Assembly: GCA_016186955.1 (NCBI GenBank)
Contig: JACPKP010000003.1
Location: 2,290-66,289 of the forward strand
Source: Candidatus Daviesbacteria bacterium
GTDB lineage: Bacteria; Patescibacteriota; Microgenomatia; Daviesbacterales; UBA10151
DNA: 64,000 nt
Direction: 5' to 3'
Shown: one piece after another, positions 36,919-47,494 of the stretch
Numbering within the stretch: the stretch's first letter is position 1
Layout: each line of letters begins with the position of its first letter
Position numbers and translations under genes: made by a program
The notes under the pieces: generated by a model
Databases searched by the model: none
The model's input: the letters and a program-made list of their open reading frames with translations, nothing else
What the model was told of the DNA's origin: nothing

Positions 36919-38676
36919 ATGAAAATTTTAGGGATTAATCCCAATCTGCTTCATGACAGCGGGGCAGCTTTAGTTTTAAACGATTGTTTGGCTGCAGCTG
37001 TAAACGAAGAAAGATTTACCAGAGTAAAGCAGCAGCAAGGAGTGCCGGAAAGGTCTGTTTTTGAAGTGTTAAAGATCGCAAATCTGACCCCGGCCCAGAT
37101 TGACCGCATCCATATTGCCGGATACCCGCCTGTAAAAAAACTCTTAGCGCTCGGTAAAACTTTCTTTAGGCTTTTGCTGTTTTTGAAATTCGATCTGGTT
37201 AAAATTTCTTTTTCAAAAGACAAATTCCAGTCTGTTATTTCAAGAAGGATGGCGAAAGGGAAAGGGGAGAGTATGAATATGTTTGTTGAAGCTTTCAAAG
37301 ACATCTGGGACATGGAAAGATTGCTAAATAGGTTAAGAAAGGAAGGGTTTTCGGGAAAGATTTGTTATATCCCGCACCATCTTTGCCACCTCTACGCAGC
37401 TTATTCAGCGTCAGGCTTTTGGGATAAATGCCTGGTGGTGAATATTGAGGGTAGTTCATTTGAATACACAGCTAATGCGTATATAGGGGACAAGGGTATT
37501 TTAAAGGAGGTTGTTTCCACCCCTGACCCTAACAGCGCCGGCCATTTTTATGCAGCTTTTACCGAGCTTTTGGGTTTACGCCCAGGTTTCGACGAGGGTA
37601 AAGTTACAGGATTGTCGGCTTGGGGAAGGGTGGGGAATCTCGGAGAGGAATTTAAAAATCTTTATGAGGTTGCAGTGAAAATGCTCAAACTGGAGAATTT
37701 GAAGCTTAAAATATCGCCAGATGTGTTTTTATACCCATTCTTTTATAGTAGTACCGGCCGGTTGCCAAAATTACTGGAAGGTTTTAAAAAGGAAGAGATA
37801 GCTTGGGTTGCCCAAAAAAGGCTTGAAGATGTAATATGTCCGTTTGTTAAACAACTTTTGGACCAAACCGGCTGCAAACAAATAATACTGACGGGTGGAG
37901 TTGCTGCCAACGTCAGGCTTAACCAGCAGGTAGCGGAGTTGCCAGGGGTTAATGAGATATTTGTATATCCTGGAATGGGCGATTTTGGAAACGCCCACGG
38001 CGCAGCCATTGCCCCGAAAAAAAACGGCCGCATTAAACAGACTAAATTAAATGACCTCTATCTAGGCCCCGAATTTTCTGAAGAGGAAATGGAAAACCTG
38101 CTTTTTGCGAATAAATTAAAATTTAAGAAAATTACAAACGGCCTTGAAGATATAATAGCTATGGAACTTGCGCAGGGGAAAATAATTTGCATATTCAGGG
38201 GCAGGATGGAATACGGGCCAAGGGCATTAGGCAACCGTTCCATCATAGCAGCAACCGAGATCCGGCTCGCCGGAAAATTGAATAAAGCCCTCAACAGGGA
38301 TGAGTTTATGCCGTTTGCCCCTTTAGTGGTTTACCACCTGGGTAAAAAATGTTTTGAAAATATCAACAAAGCAGGATATTGTGCGCAGTTTATGACGATC
38401 AGTTTTAGGGCAAAAGACTATTTTAAAAAATTATGCCCTGCTGCCGTGCACATAGACAATACTTCGAGGCCGCAGCTGCTGCAGAAAAAAACAAACCCGT
38501 TTCTTTACAGAGTCCTTACGCAATACTATAAGCGTACAAAAATTCCCGGCGTTATAAATACTTCTTTTAATATGCACAATGAACCGATCGTCTGTTCACC
38601 GCAAGATGCGATAGGTACATTCCTAAAGTCAAAACTTGATATATTGGTTATGGGAAATTTCCTTGTGCGTAAATGA
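36919..38676 (+). CDS. Carbamoyltransferase (NodU/CmcH family)
   Basis: HDSGAAL, EERFTRVK, HHLCH, EGKVTGL, EYGPRALGNRS, FMPFAP, NTSFNMHNEPIV. Confidence 0.93.
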   Translation: MKILGINPNLLHDSGAALVLNDCLAAAVNEERFTRVKQQQGVPERSVFEVLKIANLTPAQIDRIHIAGYPPVKKLLALGKTFFRLLLFLKFDLVKISFSKDKFQSVISRRMAKGKGESMNMFVEAFKDIWDMERLLNRLRKEGFSGKICYIPHHLCHLYAAYSASGFWDKCLVVNIEGSSFEYTANAYIGDKGILKEVVSTPDPNSAGHFYAAFTELLGLRPGFDEGKVTGLSAWGRVGNLGEEFKNLYEVAVKMLKLENLKLKISPDVFLYPFFYSSTGRLPKLLEGFKKEEIAWVAQKRLEDVICPFVKQLLDQTGCKQIILTGGVAANVRLNQQVAELPGVNEIFVYPGMGDFGNAHGAAIAPKKNGRIKQTKLNDLYLGPEFSEEEMENLLFANKLKFKKITNGLEDIIAMELAQGKIICIFRGRMEYGPRALGNRSIIAATEIRLAGKLNKALNRDEFMPFAPLVVYHLGKKCFENINKAGYCAQFMTISFRAKDYFKKLCPAAVHIDNTSRPQLLQKKTNPFLYRVLTQYYKRTKIPGVINTSFNMHNEPIVCSPQDAIGTFLKSKLDILVMGNFLVRK

Positions 38677-40484
38677 AAAAATTAAATTCTTTAAAATTAC
38701 AACTTTTAATTTTCGGGGTGCTTATTGCAGTTTTTTACGGCAACACCCTGTTTAACGACTTTGTCCATGATGATATCTGGCAGGTGGCTGAAAATAAATA
38801 TGTCAAAAACGTCTCCAACATCCCGGCAATTTTTACCAGCTGTATAGCAGAGGATATTTTGGGGGGATGCAGGAACAAGGGTTTTTATTACCGTCCGTTG
38901 CAGTCAGTGGTTTATGCAATTGTTTATCAGGTATCCTCTAAGCCTTGGTTGTTCCACCTTGCAAACCTTGTTTATCTGCTGATCATTAGCCTGCTTGTCT
39001 TCCATCTTTTCAGCCTCATTATTTCCAAGACCACCCCCGGGGTGGTCTTGGGTTTGGTTGGGACGGTTTTGTTTTTAGCCCATCCCATTAATTCAGAAGT
39101 AATAAATTGGGTATCAGCCACTCCTGAGCTTTTGACAACAATTTTTATGATGTTGGCAATCATCCTTTATGACAAATTCAGAAAAAAAAGCAAAATTTAT
39201 TATTTACTCTTTTCCGCCCTGTCCTATTTTTTGGCCCTTCTGGCTAAAGAAACAGCCCTTTTTCTGCTGCCTTTACTGCCTCTTTATGAATTTCTTTTCA
39301 GTAAACCTCAAAAAGGACAGGGTTCGTTTAAAAGGTTTTCTTTTATATCCTGGCATCTGGGGGCAGTGGGGCTTTATTTAAGCTTGCGGGAAGAGGCCTT
39401 GGGCAGGGTCATATATAAATATGCAGGTTATTATTCAATGGATACATACACACAGGTTATCAATGCGCTGACACTTTTACCTAAATACCTGTGGAAGCTT
39501 ATCTATCCATTGCCTTTGAGTTTTCAACCCCAGATTTTACCTGTTTCTTCATTTGGGTTGATGGGTTGGTTGGGAGTTTTTATTTGTGCAGCAGCGGTTT
39601 TGGCATCATTCTTTTTATGGAAGAAAAAGAAAAAAGGGATGCTTTTTGGACTGGCTCTGATATTACTGCCCCTTTTCCCGATCCTTGTCTTTATTAATAA
39701 ACTAGGCGAGAACCTGTTTTCAGAAAGATACCTGTTTTTATCAAGTATTGGATTCAGTTTAATAGCAGTGGAGATATGTAGAAGGTTGCTGTCCCATACA
39801 AGTGGACGATCGTCTCATGTTTTGTCCAAAATACCGGTAGCGGTATTGCTGGTATTCTTAGGGGTTGGTTGGTGGGTGGTTTTTAACAGGAATAAAGATT
39901 GGAAAGACAATAGTACTTCATATCAGAGTATGATCAGGGTTAACCCAAACCATACCAAGGCCCATTTCCAACTTGGAGAATATTATCTGGGCATTGGTGA
40001 ATTTAGTAAGGCGCAAGAGGAGCTCAAAAGGGTATTAAGCCTAGATCCCAACTATCCGGGAGCCCAAAAAAGGTTGGATATGAGTGTGCAAAGGTACAAT
40101 GCGAAAACCGGTTTGTCATTTTACCAGCCGGCAGGTTTTAAGGTGGTGGAAGATGAGCATGAGTTAAGTCTTTATGAGGCACAAAATAGATTAAACATTA
40201 GGATAAGTTTGGAAAAAGTAAAGGGATCAAAAGAGGAATATTTATCAGGACAAACTGAAAAATTTGGTGTTTTGAATAAAGAAGGTTTGGGGTCTGTCCC
40301 AAATTTTGATCAAACCGTTGTAAGGGTCTGGCAAGATCCCGCACCAGACGGTGCAGGACAAGTTGCCAAACTTCAATTCTTTCTTTTCAAAGGTGATCAG
40401 GTAGTAAAAATTTTAGTTTATCCGGCAGACTCACCTTTGATGGAACAGTTTAATCTGGTTTTAGGATCAATCAGAATCCACTAA
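38673..40484 (+). CDS. TMTC-like TPR glycosyltransferase copy 4
   Basis: FVHDD, YYRP, HPINSE, KE, SERYL, RNKDW, TPR, PsbP-like tail. Confidence 0.8.
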   Translation: MKKLNSLKLQLLIFGVLIAVFYGNTLFNDFVHDDIWQVAENKYVKNVSNIPAIFTSCIAEDILGGCRNKGFYYRPLQSVVYAIVYQVSSKPWLFHLANLVYLLIISLLVFHLFSLIISKTTPGVVLGLVGTVLFLAHPINSEVINWVSATPELLTTIFMMLAIILYDKFRKKSKIYYLLFSALSYFLALLAKETALFLLPLLPLYEFLFSKPQKGQGSFKRFSFISWHLGAVGLYLSLREEALGRVIYKYAGYYSMDTYTQVINALTLLPKYLWKLIYPLPLSFQPQILPVSSFGLMGWLGVFICAAAVLASFFLWKKKKKGMLFGLALILLPLFPILVFINKLGENLFSERYLFLSSIGFSLIAVEICRRLLSHTSGRSSHVLSKIPVAVLLVFLGVGWWVVFNRNKDWKDNSTSYQSMIRVNPNHTKAHFQLGEYYLGIGEFSKAQEELKRVLSLDPNYPGAQKRLDMSVQRYNAKTGLSFYQPAGFKVVEDEHELSLYEAQNRLNIRISLEKVKGSKEEYLSGQTEKFGVLNKEGLGSVPNFDQTVVRVWQDPAPDGAGQVAKLQFFLFKGDQVVKILVYPADSPLMEQFNLVLGSIRIH

Positions 40485-40488
40485 ATCG

Positions 40489-42468
40489 ATGAGAAATATT
40501 ATGGCTAATCTCGGATCAATTAAGATGCAGCTTCTTATTATCAGCGTGGTAACAGTTCTTGCCTATTCCAATACTTTTCAGAATGGGTTTACAATAGATG
40601 ATCATTTATTCGTGGTGGATTGGCAGATCACTAAGGATTTAGCCAATATTCCCAAAATGTTCACCTCTGAATTTGCTCCTGGATTGGGAGAGCATAACGG
40701 AATTTATAGGCCGGTGAGAACTGTTTTTTATGCTCTCTCATATAAAATTTGGGGTATAAATCCGTTTGGATATCACCTTCAGGCTGTTTTGGTTCATTTG
40801 GCCTCAACGTTGCTAGTTTATTTTATAATCAGGGAATTATTGTTTGTTGCTCGGGGTTCTGCCGCGGCAGTTTCCCGTCGGGTGTCCTCAGTCGTTTTAC
40901 TCCCTGCGGGTACGCGCCGGGACCCCTCTGCCGCGTCACCCCTCGCAACTTATTTGCCTTTTGTCACCGCTTTGCTTTTTGCTCTCCACCCCATCCATAC
41001 TGAACCGGTCAACTATATCACCGCCAGCTTTGACATGATCGGGGAGATGTTTTTTTTTCTGGCATTTTGGCTGTATCTTAAGTCAGCAGGAAACAGTAAA
41101 GTTGCCTGGAGAAAACCTTTTTACTTTCTATCTCTTTTTTCCGCAGTTATTGCTTTTTTTACAGACGAAATTACCTTGACTCTGCCTTTTTTGCTGATTC
41201 TTTATGATCTCTGTTTCCGGAAAGAAATATTTAAAAAGCGGTATGAATCTACCCACGACCTAACGGTCGAGGTATCTTCTCTCGATCGGACTTCGTCCGA
41301 CTCTGGAAAACCCGCGACTTTACAGTCGGGGTTTTATCGAGATAAATTACTTAAAAATTACTTCCCATATTTTTTGGTGGGGATTGTTTACATATTCATT
41401 AGGGTTGGGGTATTTCATATAACTGCAAGAAGCCAGTATTTAGGGGGGAGTTTTTATCTGACCATGCTGACAATGGCAAAGGCGCTACTGCGGTATATTG
41501 AACTGTTAATCTGGCCCCTAAATTTATCCATAAACCCTCAGGTTGCCGATGGGATATATTCATGGGTTGGACCGTTAGTGAAAATGGATAAAATCCTCTC
41601 GCAAAAAATTACTGATCCGCCAATACTTTTGTCAGCATTAATAAACTTTATTTTGGTTGTGGTTGCAGTTAAAGCATATAGAAAAATTCCGCTTTTGAGC
41701 TTCAGCATAGGCTGGTTTTTTATATCACTACTTCCGGTTTCGTATTTAATTGCCCAGGGCCCGATTATGCAGGAGAGATATGTTTATATAGCTTCTTTTG
41801 GGTTTTGTCTGTTGTTAGGATGGCTTTTTTGTGTCATCCCGGACTTGATCCGGGATCCATTTTCTAAAGCTATTAAAATAGATTCCCGCTTTCGCGGGAA
41901 TGACAAAAAGGTTTTGAAATTTTTACTCGTTACTTGTTTCTTATTACTTATATCTTTCTATGGGTACAGAACTTATACCAGAAATTTTGACTGGAAAAAT
42001 GGGGAAACTGTATGGTTGAAATTAGTGGAACAGACTCCTGATGATGCATATGCCAATCTGATTGCAGGCAATGTCTTTAAATTCAGAAATGATTTGGATA
42101 CTGCCAGAAACTATTATCTGAAAACCCTTAGCCTGGCTCCTGATCTGCTAAACACAAAAGATATCTTCGGTGATTTATATGCAGTTGAGGGTACTGCCCC
42201 GTCTGAGTTTATCCGCAAGGATGGGGTTTGGGTAAAATATTTCAAACAGGGCAAAAAAATAGATTCTGGAATAATGTTTTTTTACCCTGAGCATTGGAAG
42301 GTGCAAGAGACTTTTGAGGGTTTTACTCTGCGGGGAGCTGTTTTGCAAGCACAGATAATTTATGGAAAGGAGCTGGGATTAGGGCAGGTGCAGGTTAAGA
42401 TAGATAAAAGCAGTCCGGAGGAGCTCAAACAACTGGAAGGGTTACTTAGCTCTTTGAGGGTTTTCTGA
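40489..42468 (+). CDS. TMTC-like TPR glycosyltransferase copy 5 (three palindromic inserts)
   Basis: FTIDD, YRP, LHPIHTE, QERYVY, RNFDW. Confidence 0.8.
   Translation: MRNIMANLGSIKMQLLIISVVTVLAYSNTFQNGFTIDDHLFVVDWQITKDLANIPKMFTSEFAPGLGEHNGIYRPVRTVFYALSYKIWGINPFGYHLQAVLVHLASTLLVYFIIRELLFVARGSAAAVSRRVSSVVLLPAGTRRDPSAASPLATYLPFVTALLFALHPIHTEPVNYITASFDMIGEMFFFLAFWLYLKSAGNSKVAWRKPFYFLSLFSAVIAFFTDEITLTLPFLLILYDLCFRKEIFKKRYESTHDLTVEVSSLDRTSSDSGKPATLQSGFYRDKLLKNYFPYFLVGIVYIFIRVGVFHITARSQYLGGSFYLTMLTMAKALLRYIELLIWPLNLSINPQVADGIYSWVGPLVKMDKILSQKITDPPILLSALINFILVVVAVKAYRKIPLLSFSIGWFFISLLPVSYLIAQGPIMQERYVYIASFGFCLLLGWLFCVIPDLIRDPFSKAIKIDSRFRGNDKKVLKFLLVTCFLLLISFYGYRTYTRNFDWKNGETVWLKLVEQTPDDAYANLIAGNVFKFRNDLDTARNYYLKTLSLAPDLLNTKDIFGDLYAVEGTAPSEFIRKDGVWVKYFKQGKKIDSGIMFFYPEHWKVQETFEGFTLRGAVLQAQIIYGKELGLGQVQVKIDKSSPEELKQLEGLLSSLRVF
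40845..40949. repeat. 105-bp GC-rich palindromic insert, family D, copy 1
   Basis: Termini GTTGCTCGGGGT / ACCCCTCGCAAC. Near-identical to 46181-46285 and 52875-52979. Confidence 0.85.
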
Positions 42469-43827
42469 AATGGCTTTTTTAAATTCTGATGTTGCTTGCA
42501 GCAGTAAACCTACTGAGGTGAAATATTCACCCATCCTTTGGTGAAAAGGGGGAAACTGTGAAAAAACATATGCATAGATCCTAATCTGCGGGTATTGAAA
42601 GAGATTTTTATACCCTTTAGTCTGTATTTCAATAAATTCTTCGGTTACGGCAAAGATATTGCCATAAGGTCCGCTAATTAATCTTTTCTGTCCAAGAAAA
42701 GAATAGAAAGATGCCAAAAAAATTAAATTAGAGATGACCAGACACGAAAATATAAGTAAAAATACCATCTTTACTTTTTGGGTGAGGAATTTTAAAAACA
42801 AGACATAAAGAAGGACTATAAATGGCAACACAACCATAAAATAATGCATGGAAAACCTAGTCCGGGTTATGATGTAAAAAGGTATTAACAAAATAGTGAT
42901 TAAGACCAGAAAAAAATATTTTTTTCGTTTTTTGTAGATGAAATATGCAGAAAATATCGGGAAGAAGAAGGTGATCATCATTACTGTGTTAGTTAAATTT
43001 ACAATAGGGTAATTTAATAAAAATAACCGGTAATCTGGCCCCAATTCGTTTTTATGGTATAAACCATTTACAGCCTGGAAAGGTAAGATTATGTGACGGA
43101 GGTCGAAAGGTAAATTGGAGGCTGTTTGATTTTCCAGCAGCAGGATACAATCAGGGCAGGGTGGATCAGAAGATATCTGGCGGTAAAAAAAAGGTAGGGC
43201 AAAAATTGTACCGATTAAAAATCCCGCAGCTGCTTTTTTCCAGTTAACCCTAACTTTTTGATACAGTAAAGTTATGAGTGTGGCCATCATCAGGAATAAT
43301 CCCGTAGGGTGCAACTGAATTAAGAGGGAAAATGTTAAAAACAGTCCAAAACAAGCTTTGGTGTTTTTTTTCAGGATTACTTCATGTATAAAATAAAAAT
43401 ATGGCAGCACCAGCGGTAAAATCACATCTGTGCTCCAGATCTTTCTTGAGAAAAGTACTGCAATCGGAGATAAGGCGAGCAGCAGGGAGGACAACCGGGC
43501 AATAGATTCCGGGTAATACCTGCGGGTTATCAGATAAAAAATTGCCACAGAAAAGGTGTTTAATATAGCTATGATGAAACTAATGCTTTGTGGATGTCTT
43601 GACGGGATGGAGATGATAGCTATCAGATAGTTGTATAAAGGCGGGCTGAAAAATCCGACACTTTGCCTGGTGCCTACCTGGAATAAATAGGGGTGGTCAA
43701 AAAACTGTTGCATATCATAAACAGTTGATGCTTCATCTCCTTTAAACTCAATTAGGTCTAAAAAGAAGATCCTGAAAATGGCAGCTGCTATCAATAAAAA
43801 TATTACCCAAACTATTGTTCGCATCAT
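42442..43827 (-). CDS. ArnT/PMT-like GT-C glycosyltransferase
   Basis: FKGDEA acidic loop, PPLYNY, FSRKIW, QLH; many TMs. Confidence 0.75.
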   Translation of the reverse strand: MMRTIVWVIFLLIAAAIFRIFFLDLIEFKGDEASTVYDMQQFFDHPYLFQVGTRQSVGFFSPPLYNYLIAIISIPSRHPQSISFIIAILNTFSVAIFYLITRRYYPESIARLSSLLLALSPIAVLFSRKIWSTDVILPLVLPYFYFIHEVILKKNTKACFGLFLTFSLLIQLHPTGLFLMMATLITLLYQKVRVNWKKAAAGFLIGTIFALPFFYRQISSDPPCPDCILLLENQTASNLPFDLRHIILPFQAVNGLYHKNELGPDYRLFLLNYPIVNLTNTVMMITFFFPIFSAYFIYKKRKKYFFLVLITILLIPFYIITRTRFSMHYFMVVLPFIVLLYVLFLKFLTQKVKMVFLLIFSCLVISNLIFLASFYSFLGQKRLISGPYGNIFAVTEEFIEIQTKGYKNLFQYPQIRIYAYVFSQFPPFHQRMGEYFTSVGLLLQATSEFKKAISENPQRAK

Positions 43828-43881
43828 GGTAAAATTTATGTTTTAATTCTGATGCAGCATTGTTATGCTGGTCATAGATTA

Positions 43882-45822
43882 ATGGTAACCTGTTTCAAGA
43901 ACACTAAATTGCAACTTCTCATAGTCTGTGTTTTAACCCTTCTTGCTTACTCTAACATCTTCGCAAATGAATTTGCCACAGATGACATTGGATATTTTTA
44001 TAACTGGGATATCCCCAGGCATATAGAAAATATCGCAAAGATTTTTACTACAGATTCTGTACCCAAAGATGAGCAGGGGGTTTACAGGCCGGGGAAGGCT
44101 CTTCTGATAATGCTCTCTTACAAGCTTTGGGGGTTAAACTTAACAGGATACCACCTTTTCTCACTTTTTGTACACCTTGGCTCCACAGTTTTAGTCTATT
44201 TTATAACCAGGAAAATAGTATCAAGTATGGAGTATGAAGTATTAAGGATTAAAAAGTTGAATACAAAATACTCAATACTAAATACTGTATACTCTATACC
44301 TTTCATCACTGCTCTGCTTTTTGGCTTGCATCCAATCCATACAGAAGCCATAACTTTTATATTGGCAAGTTATGACAGCGCAGGCCTGCTTTTTTATCTG
44401 CTGGCATTTTGGCTTTACTTATTGGTTCTCAAGGACACCCCGGGGGTGGAAAAAATGCAGTTACACCCCCGGGGTGAGTATGCATGGTTATATTTCGCTT
44501 CCATATTAAGCGCCGCCGCAGCATTTTTGACCTATGAGATGACTTTTACCTTACCGTTGGTGATTATGTTGTACCATTTTTGTTTCAGAAAGAAGTTGGC
44601 AGCCAGGATTATCCCGTATTGGTTAATCCTGGCAGGTGTAATCTTATTGCGGGTGTTCATGCTGCATATCCCCTCCCGGGGGGAATATTTAGGCGGGGAT
44701 TTTTACCTGACCATGCTGCTTATGACAAAGGTTTTTATACAGTATATACAGCTTCTTATTTTGCCTTTAAATTTGAGCCTGGACCATCAGGTTGCTCCGG
44801 GGATTTACTCTGTTGTCTATCCGGCTTATGTAAATTTAGAGACACTCCGTGCACAGTCAATTTTTGAACCGGCTATTTTGGCAAACGCAGGTATTATTAC
44901 CGGGGTTTTTGTATTTGTCCTGAAATGGTATAAAAAATTACCTTTGGCAGCTTTTGCAATAGGCTGGTTTTTTATAACACTTTTGCCTGTTTCAAATATC
45001 ATCCCCCAGGGCCAGATTATGGCAGAAAGGTATCTTTATCTGCCGTCATTCGGTTTCTGCCTGATAGCAGGATATTCCATTAGTAAAATTTTCAATTCGA
45101 AATTTTCAATTTTCAATAAATTTTCAATGTTTAAATTTTTAAAACATTTAAATTTCAATTCAAATTTTAAATCATACACCCGTCCTCTGGACGTAAAAAC
45201 TAAAAATTATGTTTTTTTTACTCTTTTCTTTTTACTCTTTTCTTTTTACTTCTACCAGACTTACCAGCGCAACAAAGACTGGAAGGATACCCCAACTGTT
45301 TGGCAAACACTTGTCCGGCAAAACCCCGCCCATCCGGTTGCCAACCTCACTTTGGCCAGGATTTATAAAGAAAAAGGACAAAATACCCAAGCTGCTTTTT
45401 ATTTTAATAAAGCGCTTGATCTGGACCCTAATTTAAAAGATGCAAGACTATCCTCTAATTTTTATCAGAATAAAAATCTCTCATTTTTTTATCCCAAAGG
45501 CTGGAATATAAAAGAAGAAGCAGGGATAAAAGTATCTAAAAAGAATTTTGAGATTCAAATTGAATCAGAGATGTTGGGGGATAATTCTATTGAAGACTAT
45601 CTTTTAAAACAAAAAGAATCATTGGGTGTTTTGAAAAGCCAGGGATTAGTTAAACTTCCGCATTTTACAACAGCTTATCTTAGGCTATACACCTTGCCTT
45701 TTAAAGCTGATATATATCAGTTCTTCCTTTTTAAAGCAGGGAATGTTATCAAAGTAACTGCCAACCCTGTGGATATTGAAGAAAAAAGTAGTTTGGATTC
45801 TATATTAGAATCAATGGATTAG
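43882..45822 (+). CDS. TMTC-like TPR glycosyltransferase copy 6
   Basis: FATDD, YRP, LHPIHTE, AERYLY, RNKDW. Start placed at ATG 43882 by alignment with the paralogs. Confidence 0.8.
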   Translation: MVTCFKNTKLQLLIVCVLTLLAYSNIFANEFATDDIGYFYNWDIPRHIENIAKIFTTDSVPKDEQGVYRPGKALLIMLSYKLWGLNLTGYHLFSLFVHLGSTVLVYFITRKIVSSMEYEVLRIKKLNTKYSILNTVYSIPFITALLFGLHPIHTEAITFILASYDSAGLLFYLLAFWLYLLVLKDTPGVEKMQLHPRGEYAWLYFASILSAAAAFLTYEMTFTLPLVIMLYHFCFRKKLAARIIPYWLILAGVILLRVFMLHIPSRGEYLGGDFYLTMLLMTKVFIQYIQLLILPLNLSLDHQVAPGIYSVVYPAYVNLETLRAQSIFEPAILANAGIITGVFVFVLKWYKKLPLAAFAIGWFFITLLPVSNIIPQGQIMAERYLYLPSFGFCLIAGYSISKIFNSKFSIFNKFSMFKFLKHLNFNSNFKSYTRPLDVKTKNYVFFTLFFLLFSFYFYQTYQRNKDWKDTPTVWQTLVRQNPAHPVANLTLARIYKEKGQNTQAAFYFNKALDLDPNLKDARLSSNFYQNKNLSFFYPKGWNIKEEAGIKVSKKNFEIQIESEMLGDNSIEDYLLKQKESLGVLKSQGLVKLPHFTTAYLRLYTLPFKADIYQFFLFKAGNVIKVTANPVDIEEKSSLDSILESMD

Positions 45823-45833
45823 GGGATATTTAT

Positions 45834-47471
45834 ATGTTTATACTAGATATCTTAAAATCAACTACAGCTCAGATTCTACTTATTATTTTTTTAACAGTCC
45901 TAGCTTATTCCAATATCTTTCAAAACTCATTTGTAGGCGATGATTATGTCTTTATTATCAACTGGGACAAGGCCCATAAGATAGACTTTATCCCAAAAAT
46001 GTTTATGGGAGAGTCAGCGCCTGAAGGTCATCAAGCTGTATACAGACCAATCAGATCTTCAATCCTGACCCTCTTATATCAAATTTGGGGGTTAAATCCC
46101 TGGGGTTATCATCTTTATTCGTTGTTTGTAATAATATTTTCAACAGTTTTGGTCTATTTTATAACTAGGCAAATAGTGTATGTTGCTCGGGGTCCTGCCG
46201 CGGCAGTTTCCCGTCGGGTGTCCTCAGTCGTTCCACTCCCTGCGGGCACGCGCCGGGACCCCTCTGCCGCGTCACCCCTCGCAACTTCTTTTATACCTTT
46301 CATCACAGCTCTGCTTTTTGGCTTGCATCCGATCCATGTGGAGTCCATCACCTTTATGTTGGGAGCAATGGATTCTACAGGGGCGCTTTTTTTCCTTTTG
46401 TCATTTTATTTTTGGATAATACGCTCTGATAAAATTATATTTTTCTATTTTTCGCTATTTTTTGCTGGAGCAGCATATTTTACAAATGAAATCACAATCA
46501 CTTTGCCATTGGTAATTTTAGCTTATGAATATTTTTTTAACTTTGATAATCGGAAAAAACCTTTCAAACTTAAAAATTTTAATCTATTTTTAACGCATGT
46601 AACAGCTTGGTTTTTTTATTTAATCTTTAGAATATTCATTTTGGGGGTTCATTTTAAAGGAGAATATTTAGGTGGGAGTTTTTATCTGACCATGCTGACG
46701 ATGGTTAAAGCTCTTATTAAATATATACAAATTTTTATCTGGCCGAATAATCTATCTACTTATCCAACTATTGCTCCGGGGATAGAGTCATACACAGGTT
46801 TGTACGCTCCTATGGGAAAAATTATGACACAATCTATTTTTGATCCGGACATACTGGTATACCTTGTGTTTTTTGGGGCGCTGTTTTTTGCCACCTTCCA
46901 TTTTAGGAAAAAGTTTCCATTATTGTCTTTCTCCATAGCCTGGTTTTTTATCAGCCTTTTGCCTGTATCGGGAATATTTCCCCTGGATACTTTAGTGCAG
47001 GAAAGGTATGCATATCTATCTTCGTTTGGATATTGTCTCTTTTTAGGCTGGGCCTTTTTAAAAATATTTAATATTAAACATCAAAATTTTTATGTGAAAT
47101 ACTTTGCCCTGTTTATTTTTTTAGTGTTGATTTCCAGTTATTTTTATTTCATTTACGGACGCAACCAGGATTTTAGAAACCAGATAACATTTTGGGGGAA
47201 ATTAGCATCACAAGCGCCCAACAATCCTTTGATAAATTATTATCTGGCAGCAGAATATCAATATGCAGGTAGGGATATGGAAGCAATTAGATATTTTGAA
47301 AAAGTTCTGCAGGTTGCCCCTAATGCTCCCGATGTTTATTTTAGGTTAGGTCAGATTGACCAAAAAAAAGGTAATCTGGAAGAAGCTATAATTAATTATC
47401 AAAAAGCGCTAAGATTTGACCCAGGCTATTTGCCTGCGCAACAAGCCTTAGGTGATCAGGTAAAAAAGTAG
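45834..47471 (+). CDS. TMTC-like TPR glycosyltransferase copy 7 (no PsbP-like tail)
   Basis: FVGDD, YRP, LHPIHVE, QERYAY, TPRs. Confidence 0.8.
   Translation: MFILDILKSTTAQILLIIFLTVLAYSNIFQNSFVGDDYVFIINWDKAHKIDFIPKMFMGESAPEGHQAVYRPIRSSILTLLYQIWGLNPWGYHLYSLFVIIFSTVLVYFITRQIVYVARGPAAAVSRRVSSVVPLPAGTRRDPSAASPLATSFIPFITALLFGLHPIHVESITFMLGAMDSTGALFFLLSFYFWIIRSDKIIFFYFSLFFAGAAYFTNEITITLPLVILAYEYFFNFDNRKKPFKLKNFNLFLTHVTAWFFYLIFRIFILGVHFKGEYLGGSFYLTMLTMVKALIKYIQIFIWPNNLSTYPTIAPGIESYTGLYAPMGKIMTQSIFDPDILVYLVFFGALFFATFHFRKKFPLLSFSIAWFFISLLPVSGIFPLDTLVQERYAYLSSFGYCLFLGWAFLKIFNIKHQNFYVKYFALFIFLVLISSYFYFIYGRNQDFRNQITFWGKLASQAPNNPLINYYLAAEYQYAGRDMEAIRYFEKVLQVAPNAPDVYFRLGQIDQKKGNLEEAIINYQKALRFDPGYLPAQQALGDQVKK
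46181..46285. repeat. 105-bp GC-rich palindromic insert, family D, copy 2
   Basis: Encodes VARGPAAAVSRRVSSVVPLPAGTRRDPSAASPLAT in frame. Confidence 0.85.
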
Positions 47472-47494
47472 TTGTCCAGTAATTTTTACAAGTT

